DNA of 64,000 nucleotides from Octopus sinensis (lineage: Eukaryota). The stretch spans positions 77,252,001 through 77,316,000 of the forward strand of contig NC_043001.1 in assembly GCF_006345805.1 (NCBI RefSeq), in the 5' to 3' direction. The notes beneath the pieces are model-generated. The model did not search any database. It was not told the DNA's origin and worked only from the letters and a program-made list of their open reading frames with translations. Numbering within the stretch: position 1 is the first letter of the stretch; every line of letters begins with the position of its first letter. Below are positions 23,526 to 39,340 of this stretch, piece after piece. Made by a program: the position numbers and the translations under genes.

Positions 23526-24618
23526 TTTTATGGATTAGTGATGAAAGGATGGTGTACCCAGTCGGTGATAAAACAGACAACGTCATCCAGTTTGGAAAAG
23601 TTTCAGAATCGTAACGGCTGCCATGTTCTTGATCATGGGATTGCTAGAGCAGTGGTCGCCTGGTGTTAAACAGTAATAAGAACAACGACAAGCACAACCA
23701 GAACACATAGCTATCATTTATTAAGAAGACTACCATCAAAATATAAATCTAATCAATATCACCATCGCCAGCATCACCACGACAACCACGATCACCTCCA
23801 CTTTAGTCAGAAACGCCAAGGCGAATAACAAATCCATTTAGAACAACAACAACAACAACAACAACATCTGTAAACCAAATTATATAAACACCCTCTCACC
23901 CAGTTTCTTTCACACACACGGAAAAGAAACTAAGCGTAAAATCAACTCAAATAAATACTGGTCTATGTGTGTGTAAACATCAATGTAAAGGATGATGTCC
24001 AAGAGACATCATAGACTTTCATAGTGTAGCAGGATCTTTTACTCTGTTCTGATCCCCTCCACTTCCTCTTCCTCTTACTCTCTCTTCCTCATTCTTCCCC
24101 AATCTTTCTCGGCCTTCCACTCACTCTCTCACGCATTCACTTCATCTTCACGTTCTTACCTCTCCCTCTTATTTCACTAATCTCTCTCATACTTACTTAC
24201 ACTCCACCTCCCTTAACTTACGCCCCACCTCTCTTACACTCGCTAAAATGTGCCGGAAGTGGTATCTTTAAGTTTGATTGATTTCTTGTAGACAATTGGG
24301 AGACGGGCTTTTTGAAGCAGACTTAAAGTAACAAAGCTGAAATCGATGGATTTACACGAGACAAAGCTGATTCGCTGATTCTTTCTTTCTTTCTTTCTTT
24401 CTTTCTTTTCTTTCTTTCTTTCTTTCTTGTTCTTCATGTGTTTCTGTTTGTGTTTTTTTTATTTATTTATCGCCTCCACTTTTTTCTCCTTTATCTTTTC
24501 TTTTATCTTTTTTCTTTACTTTTTCGATTTCCGATGTCAGAGAATTGAGTGTGTGTATGTGTACGTATGTGTGCGTGCGATTGTATGAAGGTTTATGCCT
24601 GTAGGTCTGTGTGAGTGT

Positions 24619-24659
<41 letters not shown>

Positions 24660-24719
24660 GTACACACATTCATACACATCTCAATCAGGTTATGGTTTCC
24701 AACGTATGTGTGTGTGTGT

Positions 24720-24756
<37 letters not shown>

Positions 24757-25498
24757 CATATGTACACACACACATATATATATACACATACGTACATAGA
24801 TGCATAAATACAAACATATATGTGTGTATGTCGGTTTGTATGAATGTATGTATGTATATACGTGTGTGCATATGTGTATATGTGCATGTTTGTGTATGTA
24901 TATGCGTGTGTATGCATATCTTTCTATCTCTGTGTGTATGCGTTTGTATTGATCTTCCTCCGCTGATTGTGACTGCGGATGTGTAAAAGTAAATGCATGC
25001 GTACTGCGGTGCGTATAAGTGTGCTTGGGTTTCTCTCATTCTGTATGTGCGTCCGTGCTTGCTTCCCTCTGTGTATTCGTTCAGGGGGTTTGAACCTGAG
25101 TATGAGTGCGTGTGTGTATGTCTGTGTGTGCGTTTATGTGAGTGTGTGTAATGTAGAAAACATACTTCTCGTAACGATTGGTTGAACGATAGGATGACCG
25201 GTAGACAAGAGCATATGATTGGTTGATTATATACTAGCAGCGAAGTACATACAATACTTTAGGAGAAAAAGTACGAGTGAAGTAAAAGAACGAAAGGGAG
25301 TTGTATGTGGAGTGATTTGAGTGGAAATATCAAACCAATTCTTAGGGGAAATTCCTTGCCAATTAGCTTGTAGCAGAGTGGCCATTGTGGAGTTAGAGTA
25401 GTGAGGAGTTGGAGTAGTGATCTGTGACCTACGTTTAATTAGTGTGGAGAAATGAGTTTGTATGGAAGGTGAAGAGGGAACGAAGGTAGCGAGAGAAA

Positions 25499-25955
25499 TG
25501 GTTGAGGGCATCAAGTAAGTTGGAGCTAGGAGGGGTTGAGGGCATTGAGTGCATAGTGTGAAAAAGAATGAGGCCGCCGAGAGCGTTAGAAGAAGGAGAG
25601 GATGAGGGTAATGAGCACAAAAGAAGGAAGAAGAGTTGAGAACAATCTGCATTGGATGGAGAAGAGGATTTGAGGGCATGGAGTGCATGGGAGGGAGAGA
25701 GGTTAAGGTTAGTGACAGCAATGGAAGGAAAAGGGGCTGAGATCATCTAGAGCATTAGAGGAAGGAAAGGATGAGGGTATCGAGCACGAAAGAAGGAAGA
25801 GGAGTTGAGGGCATCGACTGCATAGGAAGGAGAAGGGGATGAGGACATCGGGCGCTTGGGAAAGAGAAAGGGTTTGAAGCTAGTGAGTTTATGGGAGGAA
25901 GAAGAGGATGGAGGCATCGAGTACATTAGAGGGAAGAGAGGATGAGGTCCACGAT
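25499..25955. repeat. Degenerate ~34-bp purine-rich minisatellite
   Basis: Recurring GATGAGGGCATCGAGTGCATAGGAAGGAGA-like unit, ~13 copies. Confidence 0.75.
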
Positions 25956-26814
25956 AGCCTTACCAAAATCAAGATCCAAATACCAGAACAAATACCGAAG
26001 ATACACCTCAGATGCACACTTTTAAGTTTGGGGCCAATCTTCCATGTACACTATCCGTTGCAGTATATCTCAGTGCTCGAGTTTTCACATATCCAAACTA
26101 GCCCTTGCTAACTTTGCTACCAAGTGTTCCATTGTCAGGGCCAGAAACGTCCATCATGAATTACACAACACTGTAAAGTAACATTAAGTTACTGTATAAC
26201 ACATTTAACTACTGAAGTGTTGCACATTCTCTTTTTGGTGGTTTCTCTTTTTTTTTTGTCGTGTGGGGTGTATTTTGTAATGTGCTTCTTGAATTTGTGT
26301 ATTATGGAATTCTGAAATCATGCTGAGCTTTTATAATCAGATCATTGAATACTTTTAACATTGTAATTTGTATTTTGCTTTTGTTTTTGATACTCATCTT
26401 TAGCCTCCGTGTTTATGTCATATGAACCTCGTATCTCTTTAGTCACTTGCATTGTATTACACAGTGTCATATTGCATTACACAGAATTACTCAATATCAA
26501 AATGTTGATCTGCTGTATATTCTCAAACCTGGCCTGACTGTACCAGGTTTTTGCATGTTACAGTGGCGTAGTCCTTAGTAAATAAAGATTTGATATTACA
26601 GGGTTTCCTCTTCAAATTCGTCATTATTAATGACAGTAGCGTTAACGTCAACATCAAATTCGTCATCGTCAGTCTCAAGTTCGTTATCACTAGTTTCGAT
26701 TATGTTGTCGTCTATCTCGTTTTCATCACCGTCAACTTAAGCATCGTCACTGTAGGATGGAAGTAAAGGCACGTAGCCTAATGGATGAGGTGTTGCACTC
26801 ACGATCGCAAGAGT

Positions 26815-26912
26815 GTGCATTCGATTGCCGAACCGCTAAGTTCATGGAAATAAACACACCAGCACCAGTTGTATCAAGCGATGGCGGTGGGACAAACACA
26901 CACACAGAGACG

Positions 26913-26960
<48 letters not shown>

Positions 26961-27125
26961 TAATACGACGGGTTTCTTTTAGTTTCCGTCTACTAAATCC
27001 ATTCACAAGGCTTCGGTCGACCCGAAGCTATTGTAGAAGACACCTACTCAAGGTGCCACGTAGTGGGACTGAACCCGGGATCATATGGTTGGGAAGCAAC
27101 CATCTTACCACACAGCCACGCCCGC
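26815..27125 (-). mobile_element. SINE family A
   Basis: Body and head GGGACTGAACCCGG...ACCACACAGCCAC. Confidence 0.85.
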
Positions 27126-27404
27126 GCCAATTTTTTTCTGTTACAAAACAAGCAACGCATTATCGCGTGTTACATTACCACAAACAGACACTTAGTACAT
27201 TAGATGTAAAACTGCATACTGTGCTACAAATACATACAACATGACAAAGACAAAAATAATATCAGTTTAACCTTTTATTCATTATTCCCATTTCTTAACC
27301 CTTTTAACATATTCCTAAAATATCCATCACAGTCATATTCGTTAATCAGAGTCAGCCCGGTATCGACCAGTATTACGTGTGTAAGTATGTAGATATTGAT
27401 TTTA

Positions 27405-27595
27405 AAATTTGGCACAAGCCCAGCAATATCGGGGGAGGGGCTAAGTCGATTACATCGATCCCAGTGTTCAACTGGTATTTATTTTATCTCCCGAAAGGAT
27501 AAAAGGCAATGTCGACCTTGGCGGAATTTGAACTCAGATAGACGAAATGTCGCTAGCAATTTTGCCCGACATACTAACGATTCTAGCAGATTGAC
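27405..27595 (-). mobile_element. SINE family B, diverged
   Basis: AAGTCGATTACATCGATCCCAGT...GGCGGAATTTGAACTCAG. Confidence 0.8.
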
Positions 27596-28837
27596 GTTTT
27601 ATGTACTTGTATATTAATCTGATTTATTTTAATGCTTACATTCTTTTGCAACTAACCACTGATGTCAATGCCTCTTCATAAAAGAGCTTGCTTCATTTTA
27701 CTATAATGTCATTTAAGTTGACAGTAACAAAATAAAAGTTGACGATGACGAAAACAAAATTGACGATAATAAATTTTGAAATTGACGATAATGAATTTGA
27801 TGTTGATATCGAAGAATTTGAGGTTGGTGTTGACAACGTGGAAGTCGATAATGTCGAATTTGAGAGAGGTAGGGTGTGTGCTGTTAATTTGGAACATACT
27901 AATTTGGAACAGTGAAAATATCTCCCACGTCGTATTGAATATTAAATATTAAAAACTGCGTACAATCGAACTGTGTTGCGTGTTTCTGGCAATGATGTTT
28001 TTAAAAAACACCTATTGTTTCGATTTCGGCATTGTTGCTAGTATTCTACTCTTTTCATCTCTCCTTTCACAACTCATTTCATCACGTTAGTTAAAGGCAA
28101 ATATCATAGTTCATACTTTCATCTTCCCACTACTTAAGTTTATTTCCACATTGACAGCTCTTGTATTTCTTATTTCTAAGAACTGAGTTAAAATTGACAA
28201 CCCAATCTTTCTTTACATCCTCTTTTTCTCCCCCTCTCTCTCTTCTCCCACATACACACATGTACTTATAGTTTAAGTGCCTTGTTTCATGAATATAATA
28301 TAGAATAATTTCTGTGCGGGTGACGCCCACTGAAGCAGAAAAATGTCTTCATATCTTCAGAAAATCGAGGTTATCTCTCCTTTCCGTTTGCAATTGGTAG
28401 CAATTGCTCCACATCCCAAGCGATTGGTTTTCCCTTCTCTGGAAACGTGGATAATGCCAATTTATCCATAATTTATCTTATACGTTATATAATATACCCT
28501 TATTCGTCTATTTCGTTTTATCCATCCATCCATACATACATACACACGAACATATACGTATGTATATATGCATACGCACATATATTTGTTTATATACAAA
28601 TATAATATATACATACACACACACACACACACACACACAACATATATATAATATATATATATATATAATATATGTGTACATGTGTGTGTGTGTGTGTGTG
28701 TGTATTGTATGGTATTTATAAAAAATAAGCCTTTGGGGGCTAGAAATAAAGCGGAAAAACGTGAAATTCTTCGAGCAGGCATGTATCTTAAGTAGAATCT
28801 GTGACGACCCCGAATGACGCTGATAACCTGGAGTCGC

Positions 28838-28877
<40 letters not shown>

Positions 28878-28993
28878 CACACATATATATATATATATAC
28901 AAGTGTGTGTATATATGTATACATGTGTATATATAATATGTATGTACATACATATACATACATACATGCATACACACACACACACACACACAT

Positions 28994-29024
<31 letters not shown>

Positions 29025-29286
29025 GCCCAAAAGTAGGTTTACAGTTATCACGTAGGCACTTTAAATTTCTTTTAAAACGTTTTATTACATCTAAATATTT
29101 ATCTTACAATTAACTAAATTAGCATAATGGTTTCATATTTTTCAAATTAGTAATGGTTTCATATTTTTTATAATTAAGATCTAAACTGTTAATATATGAA
29201 TGCGAAAGAGATAGTTGAATAAATTTAATCCTACTTTTGGGCCATCCTGTACACACATACACACATACCACACACACACACACACA

Positions 29287-29326
<40 letters not shown>

Positions 29327-30299
29327 ACACATATACATGCACGCACACACATAAACGCTCATCGGCATAGGCACCATACTGAGTTTATGCATATGATTTA
29401 GTTCACTTTGTTGCTATGTGATCGGTGATCGATCTAGTTGCTTGGCATCATAGGCAAATGTTATTTTTTTGTCCTCGGGTCGACCCTTACCTTGTGAATA
29501 TAACTATATAAAGGGAAACTATGCAGAAGCCGCTGGACGGATTGTGCCGATAATTCAAAAGGTACAACCATGTCACACACTGTAACGTTAATTTCGTTGA
29601 AGATTTACTTTAAGGGCATACATGCCTGTGGAATACTCTGCCATTTACGTCTTAATATAGAAGCAGGTAATAAAAGTAGATGGAACAACAGAATGCTCAT
29701 CGTCGAACGACGGAGATCCACCATGTACATAAACAGCTCAAACATAATATTTGAGGAGTTTGTTTTGAAACTAGTAGCCATTATGAAATATAGCCCTCTA
29801 GATGTAATCTAACGCCTAGATTAAATATTATCTAATATTATCTATTAATTTTAACTAAATTTGACAAGTTCAGTAGAACGAAACGAATTGCAATTTGTCA
29901 CGAATCATTAATGCAAGTATATATATAATATATATATTATAATATATATATATATATTTATGTATATATACATATACATATATATATATACATACATACA
30001 TATGTATATATATATATGCATATATATATACATGCATGTATATGTATTTATATGTTGTATATACACATATATACACACTCATCTATATATCTATATATGT
30101 ATAAGTATATGTACATATATATGTATGTGTGTATGTGTATGTATGCGTGTGTGTGTGTGTGCTTGTGCGTGCTTGTGTGTATATATATATAACACAAGCG
30201 CACACGCATATATAAGTACACTATTACACTCAAACACTCACATGCACTAATATATATATACATCGAACTCTCATTTCCTGAAAAAGAAAGAACTTTTAG

Positions 30300-30388
30300 A
30301 AGATGACGATGATGATGATGATGATGATGATGATGAAGAAGGAAGAGAAAGAAGAGGTGAGGGAAGACGACAGCCGAACGAGGTCGAA

Positions 30389-30429
<41 letters not shown>

Positions 30430-30430
30430 C

Positions 30431-30518
<88 letters not shown>

Positions 30519-30519
30519 T

Positions 30520-30598
<79 letters not shown>

Positions 30599-31090
30599 GT
30601 AAGTAGTAGTAAGGCGGCGAGCTGGTAGAATGGTTAGCACGCCGGGTAAATGCTTAGCGGTATTTCGTCTGTCGTTACGTTGTGAGTTCAAATTCCGCGG
30701 GTCAACTTTGCTTTCATCCTTTCGGGGTTAGTACCAGTTACGCTCGGGTCGATATAATCGACTTAATGTATGTCGTTTGTCCCCTCTATGTTTCTTTGTG
30801 ATGTATCGCTGATGTTCTGAGTCAAATTCTGCCGAAGTCGACTTTGCCTTTCATCCTTTCGGGGTGTAGTAGTCGTCGTCATAGTAGTAAGAGTAGAGAT
30901 AGTTGTAGAGTAGCATTTCGTAGTAGTAGTAGTAGTAGTATCTGTATTAGTGACTGCAGTAGTTGTTGTTGGTGAAGTAGTTGTAATAGTTATAGTAGCG
31001 GTAGTAGTAGTCACATCAGCAATAGTAATTGAAGTAGCAGTAGGGTGATGATGATGATGAGCAATAGCAGAAGCAAATACATACACAGTT

Positions 31091-31145
<55 letters not shown>

Positions 31146-31450
31146 TACTATTACTATTACTATTATTATTATTGAGTGAGAGAACAGTGCATGCTATCAA
31201 AGTGATTATTATCATTATTATTATTATTATTATTAGTATTAGTAGTATTAGTATTAGTATTAGTAGTAGTAGTAGTTGAAGTATTAGTATGAAATATTAG
31301 TAGTTGAAGTATTAGTATGAATGGTGGTGGTGATGATGGTAGTAGTAGTAGAAGCAGTAGTAGTAGTAGTAGTAGCAGCAGTAGTAGTAGTTGTAGCAGT
31401 AGTAGTAGTAGTAATAGTAGTAGTAATTTTAGTTGTAGTGGTAGTAGTGC
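30300..31450. repeat. Trinucleotide tracts (GAT, CTA/CTG, GTA, TTA) with embedded SINE B pieces
   Basis: Directly visible; B copies at 30611-30790 and ~30800-30870. Confidence 0.9.
30611..30790 (+). mobile_element. SINE family B
   Basis: AAGGCGGCGAGCTGGTAGAATGGTTAGCACGCCGGG head. Confidence 0.85.
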
Positions 31451-31926
31451 TAGTTATCGCTGTTAGTTTTTATTGTTTTTTATCTTCATAACAAAAACGG
31501 CACTGGTGGATCTGGCGGACCTGGCGGACCTGTAGGTGGAAAGCATTTGTTTGTGTTAGTATTTACTAATAATACTATTGGAAGAAACGATGGCGTTGGT
31601 TGTTTGTCGTTAGTTACAGTATAGTAGTAATAGCGGACTTGTTGTCGTTGTTGGTGGCGGTAGCGGTGGCGGTAGTGGTTGGTGGTTGTGGGAGGCAGTG
31701 CTAGTTAGATAGTGATGCTATTACTGAGAACATGGATGAAGAAGGTGGCGTTTGTGTACAAAGTTAAAATGGCCGACATGTAATGCTGGCTGAATATGTG
31801 ATGTCCATTTTATATGATAAGACAGCTAGTCAGGAACCTTAATTGCTGCTCTAGCAATGTATTTTGACATGTTTGCTTCACTGTACATAGATTCCGTGCT
31901 TCTTGTATCTCCTCTCTATCTCTGTT

Positions 31927-31976
<50 letters not shown>

Positions 31977-32329
31977 CTCTCTCTCTCGTTCGTTCGCTCG
32001 TTCTGGACTGTTATGTTATGTGTGATGTGAAGTGTCTGCATGGACTGGACTTCCTGCTTGGTTATCTGTGGTTCTGCCAACTTTCTTCTGTCGGTGTTCT
32101 TTAATGACTCGGCAAACACCATAACTTTTTTTTTCGTGTATAAGTGTGTATTGATACGTGTGTATGCGTGAGTGTGCGTGTGCGTGAGTGCATGCGTGTA
32201 TGTATGTGTAAGTGTGTGTTTGTGTGCGTGTGTATGTCTGCGTCTGCGTATGTGTGAGCTTTGTGCGTATGTGTATCTTTCAATAACTATACACATATAG
32301 ATATATGTGTGAGTATAAAATAGATTTAT

Positions 32330-32376
32330 AATATTCTATATACCTATGCACGTACATACACTTATATATATATTAT

Positions 32377-32408
<32 letters not shown>

Positions 32409-32543
32409 GCATATATATATATATCATACATACATATATATATATAATGTATTATATTATACACATATATATAAGTATATATAAATATAATGTATATATA
32501 TGCATGTATATATATAAATGATGTATATGTATATATATGCATG

Positions 32544-32579
<36 letters not shown>

Positions 32580-33470
32580 ATATATATGAATGTATAAGTA
32601 TATATAAATATATATGTATATATATATACATACACATATATATATGCGTATATGTGTGTGCGTGCGTGTGGGTATAGTTGTGTGCGCGCACGGATGTGTG
32701 TGTAAGTGTTTGTCTTTCAATGCATTTATCCATACACACATACACACGTACACGCACACATACATTTATGTATCTGTGTGTATATATGAATGTGTGCGCG
32801 TGTCTGTGTATGTGTGATTGCATGTGTATATTTGTATGTGTATATGAATACGTACAATGCACCTGCGTATTCATTATTATATTATGTCTGTGATTGCACG
32901 TCTGTGTGTGTGTGTGTGCGTGTGTGCACAAATATACAAGCTGGTGTGTGTATGGATGTCTGTAGCAACTTACTAACTGAACTCACGCGAAAATGCAATT
33001 TACACACACACATACAGAAAAAAACATACACACACATTGTATTCGTCTGTCTCCACATGCGTATGTTTTTATGTAAATACATAAAAATGTTCATAAAATG
33101 CATACATACATACATACATGCATACATGCATGCATACATACATACATGCATGCTACATACATACATACATACATGCATACATGCATGCATACATACATAC
33201 ATGCATGCTACATACATACATACATACATGCATACCCATACTTCATGCAATACTACATACATATACATACATACATGCATACACACATACATACATACAT
33301 ACATACATACATACATACATTCATGCATACACACATACATACATACATACATACATGCATGCATATATACATACATACATGCACACATACATACATACAT
33401 ACATGCATGCATACATACATACATACATACATACATACATACATACATACATAGATACATGCATACATAC
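32330..33470. repeat. Compound (TA)n/(CATA)n/(CATG)n microsatellite block
   Basis: Directly visible; source of many spurious YIYI/HTYI ORFs. Confidence 0.95.
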
Positions 33471-33600
33471 ATAATACCCTGTTGTTGAAGCTGAAATTCC
33501 TATGAAGGAGCCCTGGATCTAGGTTAGAAGCCGGCTTTCCCTATTGGCAAGAAATCTTGAAATATAACTGAACAATGGGCACACATACATATGCACATAC

Positions 33601-33642
<42 letters not shown>

Positions 33643-33816
33643 CACATATATATATATATATATATATGTTTTATGTAGTGTGTAGTGTTTTTGTGTGTGT
33701 GTGTTGGTGGTGTGTGTGTGTGTGTGGTGTAATATGAGTGTGCGAGTATCTGTGTATGCGTGTGTCTATGTGTGCTTGTAATTGATTTGCTCTGCTACAG
33801 ACCCTACTGTTACATA

Positions 33817-33916
33817 NNNNNNNNNNNNNNNNNNNNNNNNNNNNNNNNNNNNNNNNNNNNNNNNNNNNNNNNNNNNNNNNNNNNNNNNNNNNNNNNNNNN
33901 NNNNNNNNNNNNNNNN
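33817..33916. other. Assembly gap (100 N)
   Basis: Exactly 100 N; the round size suggests a placeholder gap of unknown length. Confidence 0.98.
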
Positions 33917-33974
33917 TGCTCAGAGAATTCTTCGAAACCTCTATAAAATGTCTTGCTGGAACGAATGGAAGCGA

Positions 33975-34023
<49 letters not shown>

Positions 34024-34386
34024 TTAATAATAATAATGATAATAATAATAATGATAATAATAATCATAATAATAATGATAATAATATACAGATTATGCGA
34101 AACTGAGGAAAATAAAAAAAGAAAGAAATAGAATAGTGTTCATATATAGTTATAATAACATAAAACAAAAAGCATACCATGGAAAAATACGGAAAATAAG
34201 GAAATATCATGCTAACCAAAAAGTTTTAGACATATAGAAACGTACGTACGTACATACATACATGGCCCAATGTGTGTGTGTGTGTATGTGTGCGTATGTC
34301 CATAAACGTATAAACATATCTTCTTTGGCAGTAATAAAGAAGAGACGAGTGAAATTAAGGGAACGTTTGCAATACGTATGTGTATA

Positions 34387-34503
<117 letters not shown>

Positions 34504-34681
34504 TATATATCTATATATATATGTATGTATGTATGTAGAATGTTGACATAAAGGTACTTTAAAATGCAGCCGCATATATTGGTTTTCAGCAACGATATAT
34601 GCTAGTTAAAGACAATAAGGTGTGCTGTACGTAGATGTATACAACATACATACATACATACATACATACATACATACATAC

Positions 34682-34722
<41 letters not shown>

Positions 34723-34786
34723 ATATATACATATAGAAATATATTTATATTTCAATGTTTATGCATTTACACACACTCACACAAAA

Positions 34787-34824
<38 letters not shown>

Positions 34825-35043
34825 ATGTATGCTTTCATACGCATGCATACGTATCTGAACGCATATGTGGCCGTGGACCCACGTACATAGTGTCTCTCTC
34901 TAACTAAATACGTATGTGACTTTCGGTGTGACTATACATCTCAAGATACATTCATACATACATACATAATGGAAGTTATTGCTTCTTGGGACTAAAATTT
35001 TCCAACGTCCAAACCAACCCCCTTTACTCTTGAGAGAAAAACG

Positions 35044-35088
<45 letters not shown>

Positions 35089-35104
35089 TATATATATATG
35101 TATA

Positions 35105-35150
<46 letters not shown>

Positions 35151-35189
35151 CATACAAACGTATTTGCGTGTGTGCGTGTGTATATATAA

Positions 35190-35233
<44 letters not shown>

Positions 35234-35833
35234 GTATATATTTATATACATTTAGATATATATGTATATATGTGTATAATAGGACAGTCAGCAAGATAAA
35301 CTAAATATATGTTTGCAGTGTTTATATTATATACGCATAAGAAATAGGATTGTATATAACATTTTATTTTTTTGAAATCCATTACGGTTTAATGATAAAG
35401 GTAGTGATACGTTTACAAACACATATAGTGTATATAATTATATGGAAATACATGTGCATATATAAACATGCATATGCATATACATACGCATACATACACA
35501 TGACACGCACAAACAGACACACATACACACACATATACACACATGTTTATATAGGAGTTAGAATCCACGAGTATATGTATGTATGTGTTTATTCCACGAC
35601 AGTGTAAAACTGAATTCTCAGTGAAGTACGCCTGTACTAGCTATATAGTATGGAAGCCCTCGAGGCTGGAATTTTAATTCGAAGGAAATGTTTTGAATTT
35701 TAGAGTTTGGTTAATGTTCCACACAGCGATTGCCATCAAATCTGCGTTTCTAATCGGTTTTAGAACACCATAAATATAATTTCAATGCCAACGTATTAAT
35801 ACTAAATCTGTTATGGTGGCGCGCGATATAATC

Positions 35834-37300
<1,467 letters not shown>

Positions 37301-37623
37301 ATATATATATATGCATACAATATCGAACACACATACACAAGATATGTGTTTTGCCAGTTCGTGGGCAGAGTGCGATTACAAGTTTAAGTGAATGTATTCT
37401 CGACGATTCGCCTGGTGTTAAAACACCTGGAAGTCCTGTAACAGGACTTGATGGGAGTTATCTTCCTTGTCTATGACTTCTAGGTGTCTTAACATTAGGT
37501 GAACTGATGAGAATATATTCTCTTTCGCCTATAATCGCCACCTGCCCATCAACTGGCTAAACATACTTAGTGTATGAGTGTTCTATATTGGTTATATCCC
37601 TCGGGTTGCTTTTCTTTCATATT

Positions 37624-37703
<80 letters not shown>

Positions 37704-38934
37704 CCTATCTATCTAGCTAGCTAGCTAGCTATCTATCTATCAATCTGTATAAAGTTGGTTGTTGAAAACATGTCTCTGAGAAATAAAATGTATCTTCGGT
37801 AAATATTAACGTAGATAGTCGCGTGTTATATAATGAAACAAGAGATTTCCTAATTGTTAATATTATCATCTTTAAAATCTAAATATATTTAGATAGTGAA
37901 GTGTTTCTGAGCATCTAAATATATTTAGATAGTGAAGTGTTTCTGAGCATTTCGTGTATGCATTAATATGCGAGAATTCTCTTTTGTTCAATTTTTTTAA
38001 ATACAACAGATGATCTTAGTACTAAAACCTGTAGCAATTTAGTTCGTTGGTGTGAATAACTATGTTCAATTTTGCCATAAAACAGTAAGTGTAGCCAATG
38101 ACGTATCTATTCATTATTCATGCGTCACGGCAGGCTCGAACGTCGATATCTGTTCGCTATAACATTTTGTTATCGGAAACCGCTTCTCTTCAGACGGTGT
38201 GTCCTCATAACACAAGCGAGAATCATATGTGTAAAAAAATCCTTTTGGACTGCGTGGGGTTTTGACCTTCTTGTAAGTCTCCTCTACTCCACCAGGCCGT
38301 GGAATGTAACAAGAGCATGAACTCTTGTTATATTTATAGGAATGACCAAACAAATTATTTGCCTATGCACAGTGATGTCTGTTAAACGCATATTAATTCA
38401 AGGGCGCAACGCAGAACAACCTAAGACAAGTCAATAATGTACCTATTAATTCTTAATATATTCTGGCAGATTCAAATGTGAATCGCTGTTGTTTTTCGTC
38501 ATCGGAGAACATCTCTACTTAGATGATATGTGTTCATAATACACGTGGGATTCACCGGTGAAATGAGGATTTGAGGCGCTGCATTATTTGACCTTATTGT
38601 GTTCCTCCTCAGTTAAAGCCACCCCGCCAGACCTATGAATCTGCAGAGAGAATGAACTCTTGTTTATAGGAATCAGCAAACAAATTATTTGCTGATGCGT
38701 GCTGATGTCTGCTAAAGACATGATAATTCATAAGGGCAAAGCGGTACAGCTTAATGTGTTCGGATAGATTCGAATGTAAATCACTTCTATTTTTGGTCAT
38801 CGGAGAACATCTACTCCCTTAAGAGGAAGTAGGGCGAATTTAAAAATAATTCATTGGCAAAACTATATTCGAGAATAGAAATTGTCACCACATTTTATTA
38901 AGTAATATCGCATTAGTAATTATCAATAAGTAAA

Positions 38935-39340
38935 TGTTGTGGCTGTGTGGTATGTAGCTTGCTTACCAACCACATGGTCCTGGGGTTCAGTCCCACTGCG
39001 TGGCACCTTGGGCAAGTGTCTTCTACTATAGCCTCGGGCCGACCAAAGCCTTGTGAGAGGATTTGGTAGACGGAAACTGAAAGAAGCCCGTCGTATATAT
39101 GTATATATATGTATGTGTGTGTGTATATGTTTGTGTGTCTGTGTTTTCATCCCCTCCCAACAAAGCTTGACAGCAGATGCTGGTGCGTTTACGTCCCCGT
39201 AACCTAGCGGTTCGGCATAAGAGACTGATAGAATAAGTACTAGGCTTACAAAAATAAGTCCTGGGGTTGATTTGCTCAACTAAAGGCGGTGCTCCAGCAT
39301 GGCCACAGTCAAATGACTGAAACAAGTAAAAGAGTAAAAG
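38935..39340 (+). mobile_element. SINE family A, full length
   Basis: tRNA-like head GTGGCTGTGTGGTA...GGGGTTCAGTCCC, CACCTTGGGCAAGTG block, (TG)n linker, tail GGCGGTGCTCCAGCATGGCCACAGTCAAATGACTGAAAC. Confidence 0.9.

Noticed and set aside
32790-33488. Long ORFs (232 aa, 196 aa) of HTYI/MYVC type
   Set aside because: Translation of tetranucleotide microsatellites; the same applies to most ORFs in the supplied track.
37504-37526. CTGATGA followed by a perfect hairpin
   Set aside because: Followed by TTTCG instead of GAAA; it does not fit any hammerhead permutation on either strand.
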